A DNA stretch of 63,314 nucleotides, counting the filler, from Octopus bimaculoides (taxonomy: Eukaryota), in assembly GCF_001194135.2 (NCBI RefSeq). It is 6 parts of 5 records of this genome, joined end to end, with 100 filler letters (N's around TTAATTAATTAA, not from the genome) between each part and the next. Parts side by side here need not be neighbours in the genome. Positions count along the whole stretch, not along the records: positions 16,534 to 28,429 come from NC_069006.1; positions 28,530 to 38,692 come from NC_068981.1; 4 more parts are not named here. One strand, given 5' to 3'. How positions within the stretch are numbered: position 1 is the first letter of the stretch; each line of letters opens with the position of its first letter. Shown here piece by piece: positions 27,176 through 38,692 of the stretch. The notes under the pieces are model-generated. The model searched no databases. It had not been told where the DNA came from and saw nothing but the letters and a program-made list of their open reading frames with translations. The translations under genes were made by a program, and so were the position numbers.

Positions 27176-28202
27176 CAATGATAATAACGGAGCGGGGTTC
27201 CAAGATGGGCGCAACGACGTATCGCAAAATAATTGGAAACTAAATTAGACAGCGTGACAACGTCTACTGCAGTGAGAACAAAAAGTACGACAATAGGAAT
27301 AACGAAAGTAGCCAACGAGAACTGTAGCAACGAGAGCAATAACAACAGGTCCACAACAAAAGGAACAACAACATCGACAACTGTAGCAATAACACACACT
27401 CTCTCTCTCTCTCTTTCTCCCTCGAATATTTGTGTGTGTACGGGTGTGTGTAAGGCTTTCTTTCCACACACGCCAGCTTAATGTAATTCGTCCTCAGTCG
27501 AAAGACATCTGTTCTTATGTCCTGTTATTATTTCTATTTTTATTGTATTTGTGTAACATTGTTCGTTTTTTTTTTTTTTTTCCGTCCTTGTTTTTGTATA
27601 CATTCGCTGCTTTCTCCCAAAGTATCAGGGCGAAGGCGCATGGCTTTGTAGTGGGGTATTTGGTTCTGAGTTCGATTCCAGGCGCCGCGTTCTGTCCACG
27701 AGCAAACGCAGATTATTTCACGTTGTTCCAGCCTCACCCGGCTGTCATAAATGAGTTGTTTTTGTACTTCAAAGGGCCAACCTCGTCACATTTTTGTATC
27801 ATGTTGAGTGTTCGTGAGAACTACGTTAAGGATAAGTTCAAAAAGTGACACTGTTTATGTTATTTACATTCCAGCGACGGAGGCCCTTGTGTCTGTATTA
27901 GAAGGAAGCCATTTCCTAACAGGAAGGCAACTGACAATCAAAAATAGAAGAAAATATTCATACATATATATACGGACGTACGCACACACACATACATACA
28001 TACATACATACATACACACATATGGGCGCGCGCACATAGACACACACACACATTCAAGACTAGTGTTTTTGGTGTCAAAATCTAGACAATAGACGAGGTT
28101 TAAGAGTCGTAAAGAAAGGATTGGTAAATAATTCACGCCTTTCAGTATTGTCAACATCATCATCATCATCAACAACAACGAATTGACGCCAACTATACCA
28201 AT

Positions 28203-28267
<65 letters not shown>

Positions 28268-28380
28268 ATATATATATGCATATACATATATATATATACA
28301 TATATACATACACACACACACATATATATGTGTGTGTGTGTATGTATGTATAAATATATGTATGTATATATATATATGTG

Positions 28381-28425
<45 letters not shown>

Positions 28426-29326
28426 ATATNNNNNNNNNNNNNNNNNNNNNNNNNNNNNNNNNNNNNNNNNNNNTTAATTAATTAANNNNNNNNNNNNNNN
28501 NNNNNNNNNNNNNNNNNNNNNNNNNNNNNAATTAAAAAATTAGCAACAGTTGCTAATTGTTACTGATCTCTTAATTATGTTTATAAATGTATAAGAACTT
28601 TTAAATTTAAATAAGTTCTTCACCGATAATGGTGTTTACATACCGAAGGGCTTGGTAAAATTATTAATTATTAATTTATTAATAAATTAATAATCGTTTA
28701 CCCTTTTATTTGTAATATATATATATATATTTATATATATATATATATAAATTATAATTTTAAATAATCAGAAAATGGAGAAAATTTTTGCAACAAACAA
28801 ACAAATTGACTAGCATCGTTTGACTTGATTATTTTTTAATACAAAAACATGACATAACATGTCTTACGGCCGTTTCTGCTTCCAATGTTAGTCGGTACTT
28901 ACGAAAGAAATTCCGAAAATAATATTCGTTATCTTCATAGCACACTCGATCTAGTACATGGAGCTTCATCAGAGTTAATAAAATAAAATAAACAAAGGGA
29001 AGAGGGAAGAGGAAAGAGCAGGGCCTCGAGATGAGGCCAGAAGGCTCAATATATTAAGATCCTGCCATCTTGCAGCGTGGAGCTTGACGTCGATAGGCGA
29101 AAGAGTGAACTAGCCGTGATCTAGGAAAATTTTTATGGGTTGTTTCTATATAAAAGGGGAACCAGGGTGTGTGAATAGTAATGAAATGAAGCTAGTACTA
29201 AAATAAGAGAGGGATTACCAATATGTCTAGAAAAAGAATAGTACTTTTGATATCGTAAATAGGGCTAATTAATATTTATCCAGAACAAAAACTGTAGAGT
29301 TCTTATAATGGTGTACTTACTGAAAT

Positions 29327-29775
29327 ATTCTAGAGACCACTACCTGTCGCCCGTAATGGAATTGACCAATGTCCATCCATCTCTTACAATTGGTCAATTA
29401 TATTTAAACCAAGGACAAAGTTAAAAACCGTTACAGGGGTAGACGTAAATAAAGAAGAAAATGAACCGGTAAATAAAGGGTGTGGGGGAGAAAACTGCGA
29501 CATAAGTGGCACGAGGCCGTTTATGCCTTTCTACATCTCAACATAACAAATAAAAATTAAATAAAAATGAAATAGAAAAATAAAATAAAAAATGTGCCAC
29601 TTATGTCACGGTCTTCTCCCCCGCACCCTTTATTTACCGGTTCATTGTCTTCTTTATTTACGCCTACCTTTGTAACGGTCTTAACTTTGCCCTTGGTTTA
29701 AATATAATTGACCAATTGTAGAGATGGATGGACTTTGGTTAATTCCATTACGGACAAGAGGTGGTGGTCTCTAGA

Positions 29776-29777
<2 letters not shown>
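29327..29777. mobile_element. Foldback/MITE element with about 185-bp inverted arms
   Basis: 29327-29512 is the reverse complement of 29594-29777 with scattered mismatches (ATTCTAGAGACCAC..CCGTAATGGAATT..ACCGGTAAATAAAGGG..GACATAAGTGGCAC). The spacer is 81 bp and mostly A-rich. Confidence 0.85.
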
Positions 29778-29868
<91 letters not shown>

Positions 29869-30340
29869 CCTACCAACTTACCTACCTACCTACTATCTAC
29901 CTATCGCTGTATGCATATTTTTGTGCACACGGGTCCGTATGTATGTATGTATGTATGTATGTATGTATGTATGTATGTATGTGTGTATGTATGTATGTAT
30001 GTATGTATGTATGTATGTATGTATGTGTGCATGTGTGTGAGTGTGTGTGAGTTCCCTTCTAGTACCAGAAAATACTTTCACCAAATCAGGATCAATGTCC
30101 AGTCAGCCGAGCCAACTCACCAACGTCCAAACAGGCAGGACCAATCGGCGATTAGAAGGTTAAAAAAAAACACCCAAACAAAATCGTGAATGTATTCCGT
30201 TGTTCAAGACTCCATAACATGGAGAGTTGCTTTCATTTAAGTAATGATTACATAAGACTGAATAGTAAGTTAAATGCTGCAATCATGAGGTTTATAATGT
30301 ATTTGTTTTGCATTTTCCAACGATATTTCAAAAGGATAAA

Positions 30341-31187
30341 CGAGGGACTACCCACAAGAAACCAGAATTTCGCAATATAATTTTATTTACTCAGTTTTCC
30401 ATGTTTACACTTTTATCACCTTCAGAGTGTTCTCCATTTGAAAAAATGCATCGGTCCAGGAGCGTTTTCCACTATGCAAAGTGATGCCTTTTAAGACCTC
30501 CATCGTTTTTTTTTTCTTCACCATTCCACTTCTGCAAATTCAGTAGCATCAGCTTTCGTCACCTGTGGTGACCTTCGAAAGAAGGTCCGGATCAACTTCC
30601 AACTGTTCTTTCAGTTCGCAACACGCATTCAGTCGTGACTACTTTTCATCTGTGAGCAAGCGAGGCACAAATTTTGCTCTAACACTTTCCATTCGCAATT
30701 TCTCGCTCAAAATTCGTTAGCAGGAGCTCCAGGACATACCAGTCATATCACCAAGTTCGTCAATTCTTCTGTGACGGTCCTCCAAGACCAGTTCATGAAT
30801 TTTCATGTTTCCATTAGTTCGGGAGGTCGACAGTCGTCCAGAACGAGGTTGGGCTTCAAGCGTCAGAAGACCATTCCTAAAGCGTGGAAACCACTAGTAG
30901 ACTTGTGTCTTGCTCACGGCAGCGTCCTTGTAAGCTGTTTGAAGCATGACAACTGTTTCGGGTGCCATTGTCCCCAACAGAGAACCAAATTTCATGAAAG
31001 CAACCTGCTCCTTCGTTTCAGCCGTCGCAACAATCGACGAACAGGGGAGAAGCACTGCAAAACAAAGACGCACCACTTGGAAATAGGACTACACTCAACG
31101 CCGCCAATTGTCACACTGATGCCTGAGGGTCGCATCAACTGGTTTGTCTCACAAAGAACGTTTCCGGTTACTTTTGGGACCCCTTCG
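30341..31187 (-). mobile_element. Internally deleted mariner element with both TIRs
   Basis: TIRs: CGAGGGACTACCCACAAGAAACCAGAA at 30341 and TTCCGGTTACTTTTGGGACCCCTTCG-TA ending at 31187. Minus strand encodes an HTH region (EQVAFMKFGSLLGTMAPETVVMLQTAYKDAAVSKTQVY) and later ..FVPRL. Confidence 0.8.
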
Positions 31188-31279
31188 TACTTTATAGTTC
31201 CCCAAATTGTTAGCAGATCAGTAAAGCCTGTGTGGTTTAATCGGTATCGTGTGTGCAACTTCAAGTGTACATACAGTGC

Positions 31280-31620
31280 CACATTGCCTAATGATAATCT
31301 GCAAAGGCTAGGGTGTTCGAAAAAAAAAAATATCAAGCAATTAACTTGCTCATTACAAATACAATCTGTAAGTGGAAAACTAAAAGTATGCAAGATCTTT
31401 CTCAAGTTCCAAATGTGACATTCCAATGATAAAGCTTTGAATCTTTGTTAGAAACAAACTTCTTCCTCTCTGGAAGATTTCAAATGATTAAAAAGAGAAC
31501 ATACATGCATGCATACATACATACATACATACATACATACATACATGCATATATACATACATACATACATGCATATATACATACATACATACATACATAC
31601 ATACATACATACATACATTC
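31280..31620 (+). mobile_element. 5'-truncated R4/Dong copy with 3' UTR and (CATA)n tail
   Basis: NDNLQRLGCSKKKNIKQLTCSLQIQSVSGKLKVCKIFLKFQM* followed by CATTCCAATG..GAATCTTTGTTAGAAAC.. and then (CATA)n. Confidence 0.7.
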
Positions 31621-32095
31621 ACATATACCATGAGGTTGTGGAGTTTGATTCCCGAACTGAGCGGTACTTTGTCTTTGAACTATTTTGAAAATTAGGTTTA
31701 AAAAATATGGGAATTTCTTATACATAGAGAGTATTATAATCCCTTACAAAACCTCTTTTCCAAATTTTAAGTCCAAAAAATTAGGGTATTCAGAATTCAA
31801 AGAGGTCAGTGACGTAAAATTTGATAACAATGACGAAGAAAAGTAAAGGTATACTAAATACTATACAATACTAAAGAAAATGATGTTTTTGATTTATTGA
31901 AGTTATCTTCGCTGCGAAAGACGATAAACAAAGACCGAACGGCACCTGTAAGCTCTTCCGAACGAGAAGGGTAGAAAATTTGAGGAAATCAACAATTCTT
32001 CGGAATTAACATGCTATTAATAAAACAATATACATGTATGTGTATGTGCGTATGTGTGTATCTGTGTGCTTGTGTACGTGTGTCGGTGTGTGTGT

Positions 32096-32132
<37 letters not shown>

Positions 32133-32502
32133 TGTGTGTATTTAACGTAATCCATTGACCTTTACTCTTAAATTTCAGCATAGATGCGTTTTCAGTTATG
32201 ACCCGACCAAGAATTATTGTTTTCGTTTCATCATGGCTTTCTTCTGAAAATGATGGTACAAGAGAAAACTCAAAGACTAATAACTAAGAGATTCAATCAA
32301 ATAAACTAACTATTCTATAGGCAATGAGTAATTTTCCTCGGTGTATACAACTCAATAAAATTCAACATCGTTGAGTTATATAGCTGAGTTATGATCTGTA
32401 ACAGCTGGAGGTTAACTATATTTCATCTGGATATAATGTATAATCGGCTTGTCTGGATAGCTTAGTAATACCGAATCGATTTTTAATAAACACTTTTATT
32501 GC

Positions 32503-32672
32503 AGACGCGGTTGTATGGTTTAGAAGCTTGTTTGGTAACCACGTGGCTTCGTGTTCAGTCCCACTGAACGGCACCTCGGACAAGTGTCTTCTCCTATAGC
32601 TCCGGACCGAATGATGTTTTCTTCTATGAATTTGGAAGAGGGAAACTGTGTTAAAGCCCGTAGTGTGTGTGT

Positions 32673-32760
<88 letters not shown>

Positions 32761-32950
32761 GCATTTGTCCCTTTCACGCCTGACAAGCGGAGTTAACTTA
32801 TTTACGTTTCCGTAGTTGTTTGGTAAAGGAAACCGACAAAGTAAGTACCAGACCTAAATAAGAACTGGTATCTATCTGTTCAACAAAAAACCCCTTTAAC
32901 GCGGCAACCAATCATGTTAGATGTCCAACAGCAGAAACAAGTAAAAGATA
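32503..32950 (+). mobile_element. Octopus OR-like SINE, near full length
   Basis: Head AGAAGCTTG..GTTCAGTCCCACTG..GGACAAGTGTCTTCT, long internal (GT)n, tail GAAACAAGTAAAAGATA. Confidence 0.8.
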
Positions 32951-33489
32951 TCGTTACTTCTCTAGTGGACCCCGAATCAACTCTCATATAGATTTTTTCG
33001 ATAATTAAGTTTTCAAGTTAATTGACTAAGTAATCCTGATATGATCACGTGATCGTATGTGATTTTGCTGACATGATATGTCTTAATTTATTTTAATTTA
33101 CTTAATTATAGAAGATACTGCTAGCTCGCTTTTTATTCAATTGCTGACGTGTGTAATTGAATTATTTTGAGTAGCATCTTCAATTACATTGATCCCAACA
33201 ATTCATATACACATAAAATAATAAATCTATTTCCATGAATATTTTAAATTATCCACTCGATCGATTGTATTAATCGATATTTACTTATTAATGATATTTA
33301 CTTATTTACTTGATAAACAGATTAATTGCTCCTATAACATAATCAATTAGTGATTATTAATAAATAGTTTTATCTAGTTGAGTTATATAGCTATGTATGT
33401 GTATGTATACATATGCATGTCCATATGTATGAGTGTGTGTGTACACACATATGTATGTAAGTATGCGTGCTTTTACATACATACATACA

Positions 33490-33521
<32 letters not shown>

Positions 33522-33887
33522 NNNNNNNNNNNNNNNNNNNNNNNNNNNNNNNNNNNNNNNNNNNNNNNNNNNNNNNNNNNNNNNNNNNNNNNNNNNNNNN
33601 NNNNNNNNNNNNNNNNNNNNNNNNNNNNNNNNNNNNNNNNNNNNNNNNNNNNNNNNNNNNNNNNNNNNNNNNNNNNNNNNNNNNNNNNNNNNNNNNNNNN
33701 NNNNNNNNNNNNNNNNNNNNNNNNNNNNNNNNNNNNNNNNNNNNNNNNNNNNNNNNNNNNNNNNNNNNNNNNNNNNNNNNNNNNNNNNNNNNNNNNNNNN
33801 NNNNNNNNNNNNNNNNNNNNNNNNNNNNNNNNNNNNNNNNNNNNNNNNNNNNNNNNNNNNNNNNNNNNNNNNNNNNNNNNNNNNNNN

Positions 33888-33926
<39 letters not shown>

Positions 33927-34310
33927 CATACATACATACATGCATATATATGTGTGTATACACATATAAACACACATATACATACGCACTCAAAAATATA
34001 TTCGCGCATGTATATATGCGCATGTGTGAAATCGTATATAAATTAAATGTTCTTTATTAATTTTTTGAACCCCTACTACCCATTTCTCTGCTTTTATTTA
34101 CACTTTAGGCATTGATTTTTCTTACTAATCAACTTATTCAGTCCCCTTACGGGACATCATATATTTTTTACTTTCTTTTTTTCATGCCTTCCGCCTTTTT
34201 CGTCTTCTCTTTTTTCACTTGTGGTTAAAACTTTCGCTTTGCAGCTACGTACTTCTCTGTTCGATCCCATTTCGCAGAATCTAGAGTAAGAGTACTGACT
34301 CTACCTAGAT

Positions 34311-34632
34311 CAGTGGTTCTCAACCGAGGTCCATATGGCCCCTCAGGATTTATATAAGATTGGGGGCGTGGAGATCAGCAAAACAGTAAACTAGTGTTCC
34401 ACTATAATATTCTAAGAACCCCTGAAAATTTTTTGCTTTAAAAGCGAATGCCTTGGTGTGTATTGCAAGAAACAGCTAGGTTTCTTTCTCTAACATTCTA
34501 CATAGTTCCATATACACAGGTCAATGTGTTAAAAGCAAAATGGGAATTTTTAAAACTAGTTTTTAAACATCGAATGGCTATGAAGATCAACCAGAATAAA
34601 ATAGTGATCAAAGGCATCCATAGGTAAAAACC
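34311..34632 (+). mobile_element. hAT/Charlie-like MITE
   Basis: Starts CAGTGGTTCTCAACC, a Charlie/MER5-type TIR; interior homologous to 22.4-22.7 kb. Confidence 0.6.
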
Positions 34633-34834
34633 CTGACCCAGATGATGGTTGACATAGCAAACAATCAGGCCACTCACTCTGTGCTAAGCACTGAGACCCG
34701 ATCTCCTGTCTGAATGTATTTCCTTATCTCAAGGCCCTTCTCGCTACTTAAAGATAGAGTTTGGACATGTAAGAAACAACAGTTAAATTTCCTTCAAATC
34801 GCATTGTTGATCCATAAAGAAGGAAATATATGCA

Positions 34835-35125
34835 TTCTTCCTACTATAGGCGCACAAGAAAAACAATTTTTAGGATGTTGGGGCTAGTCGATTACATCGA
34901 CCTCAATGGTCAAGTGGTACTTATTTTTTCGTCCCTCAGTGTCGATCTTTGTGGAGACTGAACTCAAAACTTACTTCCTATTTCTGGAAAGTTCCTAGCT
35001 TTAAGGGTGTCGTGAAAAGCCTGGTTAGAGGCCCAGCCATACGAGTTCTTTTACAGGATTTAGAAAATCTGAAGGAATTTTGAAATCAGAACTTAAAGAT
35101 GGACGAAATGCCGCTAAACAATGGA
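34835..35125 (-). mobile_element. SINE family B fragments
   Basis: CTACTATAGGCGCACAAG..GTCGATTACATCGACC..GTACTTATT and TTTGAAATCAGAAC..GGACGAAATGCCGCTAA. Confidence 0.6.
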
Positions 35126-36590
35126 AGTATTTATCAACGTCAATATAGATATTTTACGTGTCTGGAAAAAAAAGCTAGGGTGGGTATGGTCGGAACGCCG
35201 TCGACTAAAACACAAAAAAAATAAATAAATAAAATAACCCTATTTTACGATTTCTTCTTCCTTAACTTTCACAAATCTGTGGGGACCAGTAAAATGGCGT
35301 GGATACTTCTTTGATAAAGGCATAGAAAGAAGAAAAAAAAAGAGGAAAAAAGAGAAAAAAGATCATTTTCATTAAATCTGTATCTGTCCTTTTTTGTTTT
35401 TTTCACCAATATTGCTTTTAGATTTCATAGTTTTAATTCTTAAGCTTTTATTTCTTATCTATTTCCTTCTTTCGCCATTCATTTTACCTTTATTTTAACT
35501 TTATATTAACATCACTGAAAATATTGTTGTGTTATAAGAAAAAAAAAAAAAAAANNNNNNNNNNNNNNNNNNNNNNNNNNNNNNNNNNNNNNNNNNNNNN
35601 NNNNNNNNNNNNNNNNNNNNNNNNNNNNNNNNNNNNNNNNNNNNNNNNNNNNNNNNNNNNNNNNNNNNNNNNNNNNNNNNNNNNNNNNNNNNNNNNNNNN
35701 NNNNNNNNNNNNNNNNNNNNNNNNNNNNNNNNNNNNNNNNNNNNNNNNNNNNNNNNNNNNNNNNNNNNNNNNNNNNNNNNNNNNNNNNNNNNNNNNNNNN
35801 NNNNNNNNNNNNNNNNNNNNNNNNNNNNNNNNNNNNNNNNNNNNNNNNNNNNNNNNNNNNNNNNNNNNNNNNNNNNNNNNNNNNNNNNNNNNNNNNNNNN
35901 NNNNNNNNNNNNNNNNNNNNNNNNNNNNNNNNNNNNNNNNNNNNNNNNNNNNNNNNNNNNNNNNNNNNNNNNNNNNNNNNNNNNNNNNNNNNNNNNNNNN
36001 NNNNNNNNNNNNNNNNNNNNNNNNNNNNNNNNNNNNNNNNNNNNNNNNNNNNNNNNNNNNNNNNNNNNNNNNNNNNNNNNNNNNNNNNNNNNNNNNNNNN
36101 NNNNNNNNNNNNNNNNNNNNNNNNNNNNNNNNNNNNNNNNNNNNNNNNNNNNNNNNNNNNNNNNNNNNNNNNNNNNNNNNNNNNNNNNNNNNNNNNNNNN
36201 NNNNNNNNNNNNNNNNNNNNNNNNNNNNNNNNNNNNNNNNNNNNNNNNNNNNNNNNNNNNNNNNNNNNNNNNNNNNNNNNNNNTATATATATATATATAT
36301 ATATATACAAACATATATATACAAACATATATATACAAACATATATATAAACATACATATATGCATGTATACATACATATACATATATACATGCATGTAT
36401 ATTATATATACATATATATACATACATATATACGTGCATATATACATTATATATATACATACATACATGCATACATATATATATGTATATATACGTACAT
36501 ATAAACATATGCATATATTCATACATATATACATACATACATTTATTTATGCATATATATATATGCATATATATCTATACATATATATGT

Positions 36591-36632
<42 letters not shown>

Positions 36633-38517
36633 ACCTACATAAATATTACAGAAAGATACAAGAGAAAGGAAAATAAAGCTAAGAACTAAAGAATCAACAT
36701 AAGATAAAGAAAAAGAAATTGTAATGAAAGAAATGTAGAAAATAAGAGGGAAAAGAGAAAAGTAAAAGAAAAGATAAGAAAACCCTATAAAACAGTAAAC
36801 AAAGAGAAAAACAGAAAAACAAAGATAGGGGTAAGATAGGGGAAAGGACTATAGTAACAAGCAACAAAAAAATAAAAGTAAAAAGTTCAAATAAAATAAG
36901 AAAAAAAATGCAGTCACAAAGATTGGTAGAAGAAATGAAAGAAAAGAGCAAAGGTCTGAAAATAAAATAAAATAAAAATAATGTGTAAAAGCGAGGGGAA
37001 GGGTTTGGGGTGGTGGTGACGGGTGAAGAAAATCTTGAGAAATGCAAAATACAAATGTTTCTGAAACGAATACCTAAGATGGAGGGGAAAAAAAACTGAC
37101 ACAGAACAGAGGAACCTGAATAAATAAATAAATGAATAAATAAATAAATATTCACGAAATAAATAGCCTATTCCTCCACCCTCCAAGTCTTGAGTTTAAT
37201 GGCCCTGGGATAGCTTAACTGATCCAGCTGGTCGTTAGTGTCAGTAGTGACTAGCTCCGCCTACCTGTCGGTTCGCTACACTCTTATTTATTATTGTGCT
37301 ACTACTAATTCGTATATTTTGGGGTTTTTTTCTTTGTCGCCTTTTTTTTTACTTAGATTTTCTCACGTCCTCCTTCCACCACCCTCCTAAAATCCTTACA
37401 CAGAGAAGGGAGGTGGGAGACCAAGATCTTATAGTCACCGTTTCACCGTAACTTTCACTGATACTACTATTTAACTTCACCCACCACCACCTCATTTATT
37501 TCTTGATTTTTTTCCTTTCTTTTTAATTCTACCCGCTAGGCGTCGTCGAATTATTTCTGCCCAAATGACTGACTGACTGACCCAGGAAATGGCAGCCATT
37601 TTAGTTGATTGCTCACTCTTTTGAAAGTATTTATTTTACTGTATAGTAAAGTCAGTCCCACGGGTTCTGTGCACGCCTCCCACAAGCTTAACAACGTTAA
37701 AGAGTTAAGGATTTGGGGGTAGCAAGTTAACATAAGCAGGCATTAATGATGGGAGTGGACAGAAGAAATACAATAATGAAGAAAAGTTTAATGATGTGGA
37801 GTGAAGTTGGTTTAGTCCAAATGAGATGACTGGAGGCGAATGAATTTTGAACAATTCGGGTTTAAATACTGGAAAATTGCCTATAGACGGGGACGTACAT
37901 TTTAATACTCCAAGCATGCCCTTTTTAGATGTGGCCTTGTTCTCTAATATAGTCTACTATCATTTGCAGGTCAGCCAAAAAATATGTTGTTTACATAATA
38001 TAAAAGCATAAGGCCGTCCCAACGTTGGAGCCTCTGAGTAACCGTTAAAACTAGTAGAAATAGCAGCCAAACTGAACTGAAATCACACCTCGCTGTCTAA
38101 AACAAGGTTTCACCATGTTGGAATCTGTAGTACATTGTCAATTTCCGCTCAGGACACTCAGGCTAATCAACAACAAAAGCATAGTGCAAAAGGCAGTTGA
38201 TATTTTCTACTTACAATGTTCTCTAAAATTTTATTGTGCCCGTACATCCCCCAGGAAAGTTAATTCCATGATGCGAAATCAACTTGAATAATACTTGGAA
38301 TGTGACACAAGTGAATTCCAAAGATACATTTCCCATCAGAATCTCATTAGTAATAGCGAGGAGGATAATAATGGTTTCAAATTTTGGCTCAAGACAAGCA
38401 ATATTTAAGGGGGGCGGTAACTGGAAGAAATGTTACTTAGCATTTTGTCCGAGATGCTAACGATTCTGCAGCTCGCTGTCTTAGTAATTATTTCTATTAT
38501 CGGTACAAGGCTTGAGT

Positions 38518-38692
38518 GGAGGCGCAATGGCCCAGTGGTTAGGGCAGCGGACTCGCGGTCATAGAATCGCCGCTTCGATTCCCAGACCGGGCGTTGTGAG
38601 TGTTTATTGAGCGAAAACACCTAAAACTCCACGAGGCTTCGGCAGGGGATGGTGGCGAACCCTGCTGTACTCTTTCACCACAACTTTCTCTC
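38518..38692 (+). mobile_element. Young tRNA-derived SINE (family A), cut by a gap
   Basis: GGAGGCGCAATGGCCCAGTGGTTAGG contains an A box and CGCTTCGATTCCCAGACC a B box; a non-tRNA body follows, so this is a SINE rather than a tRNA. Confidence 0.8.

Noticed and set aside
28930-28978. Minus-strand CTGATGA-AGCTC..GAGT
   Set aside because: No GAAA or stem III after the putative stem II.
38518-38590. tRNA-like sequence with A and B boxes
   Set aside because: It continues into a SINE body and lacks a clean acceptor stem, so it is a SINE head and not a tRNA gene.
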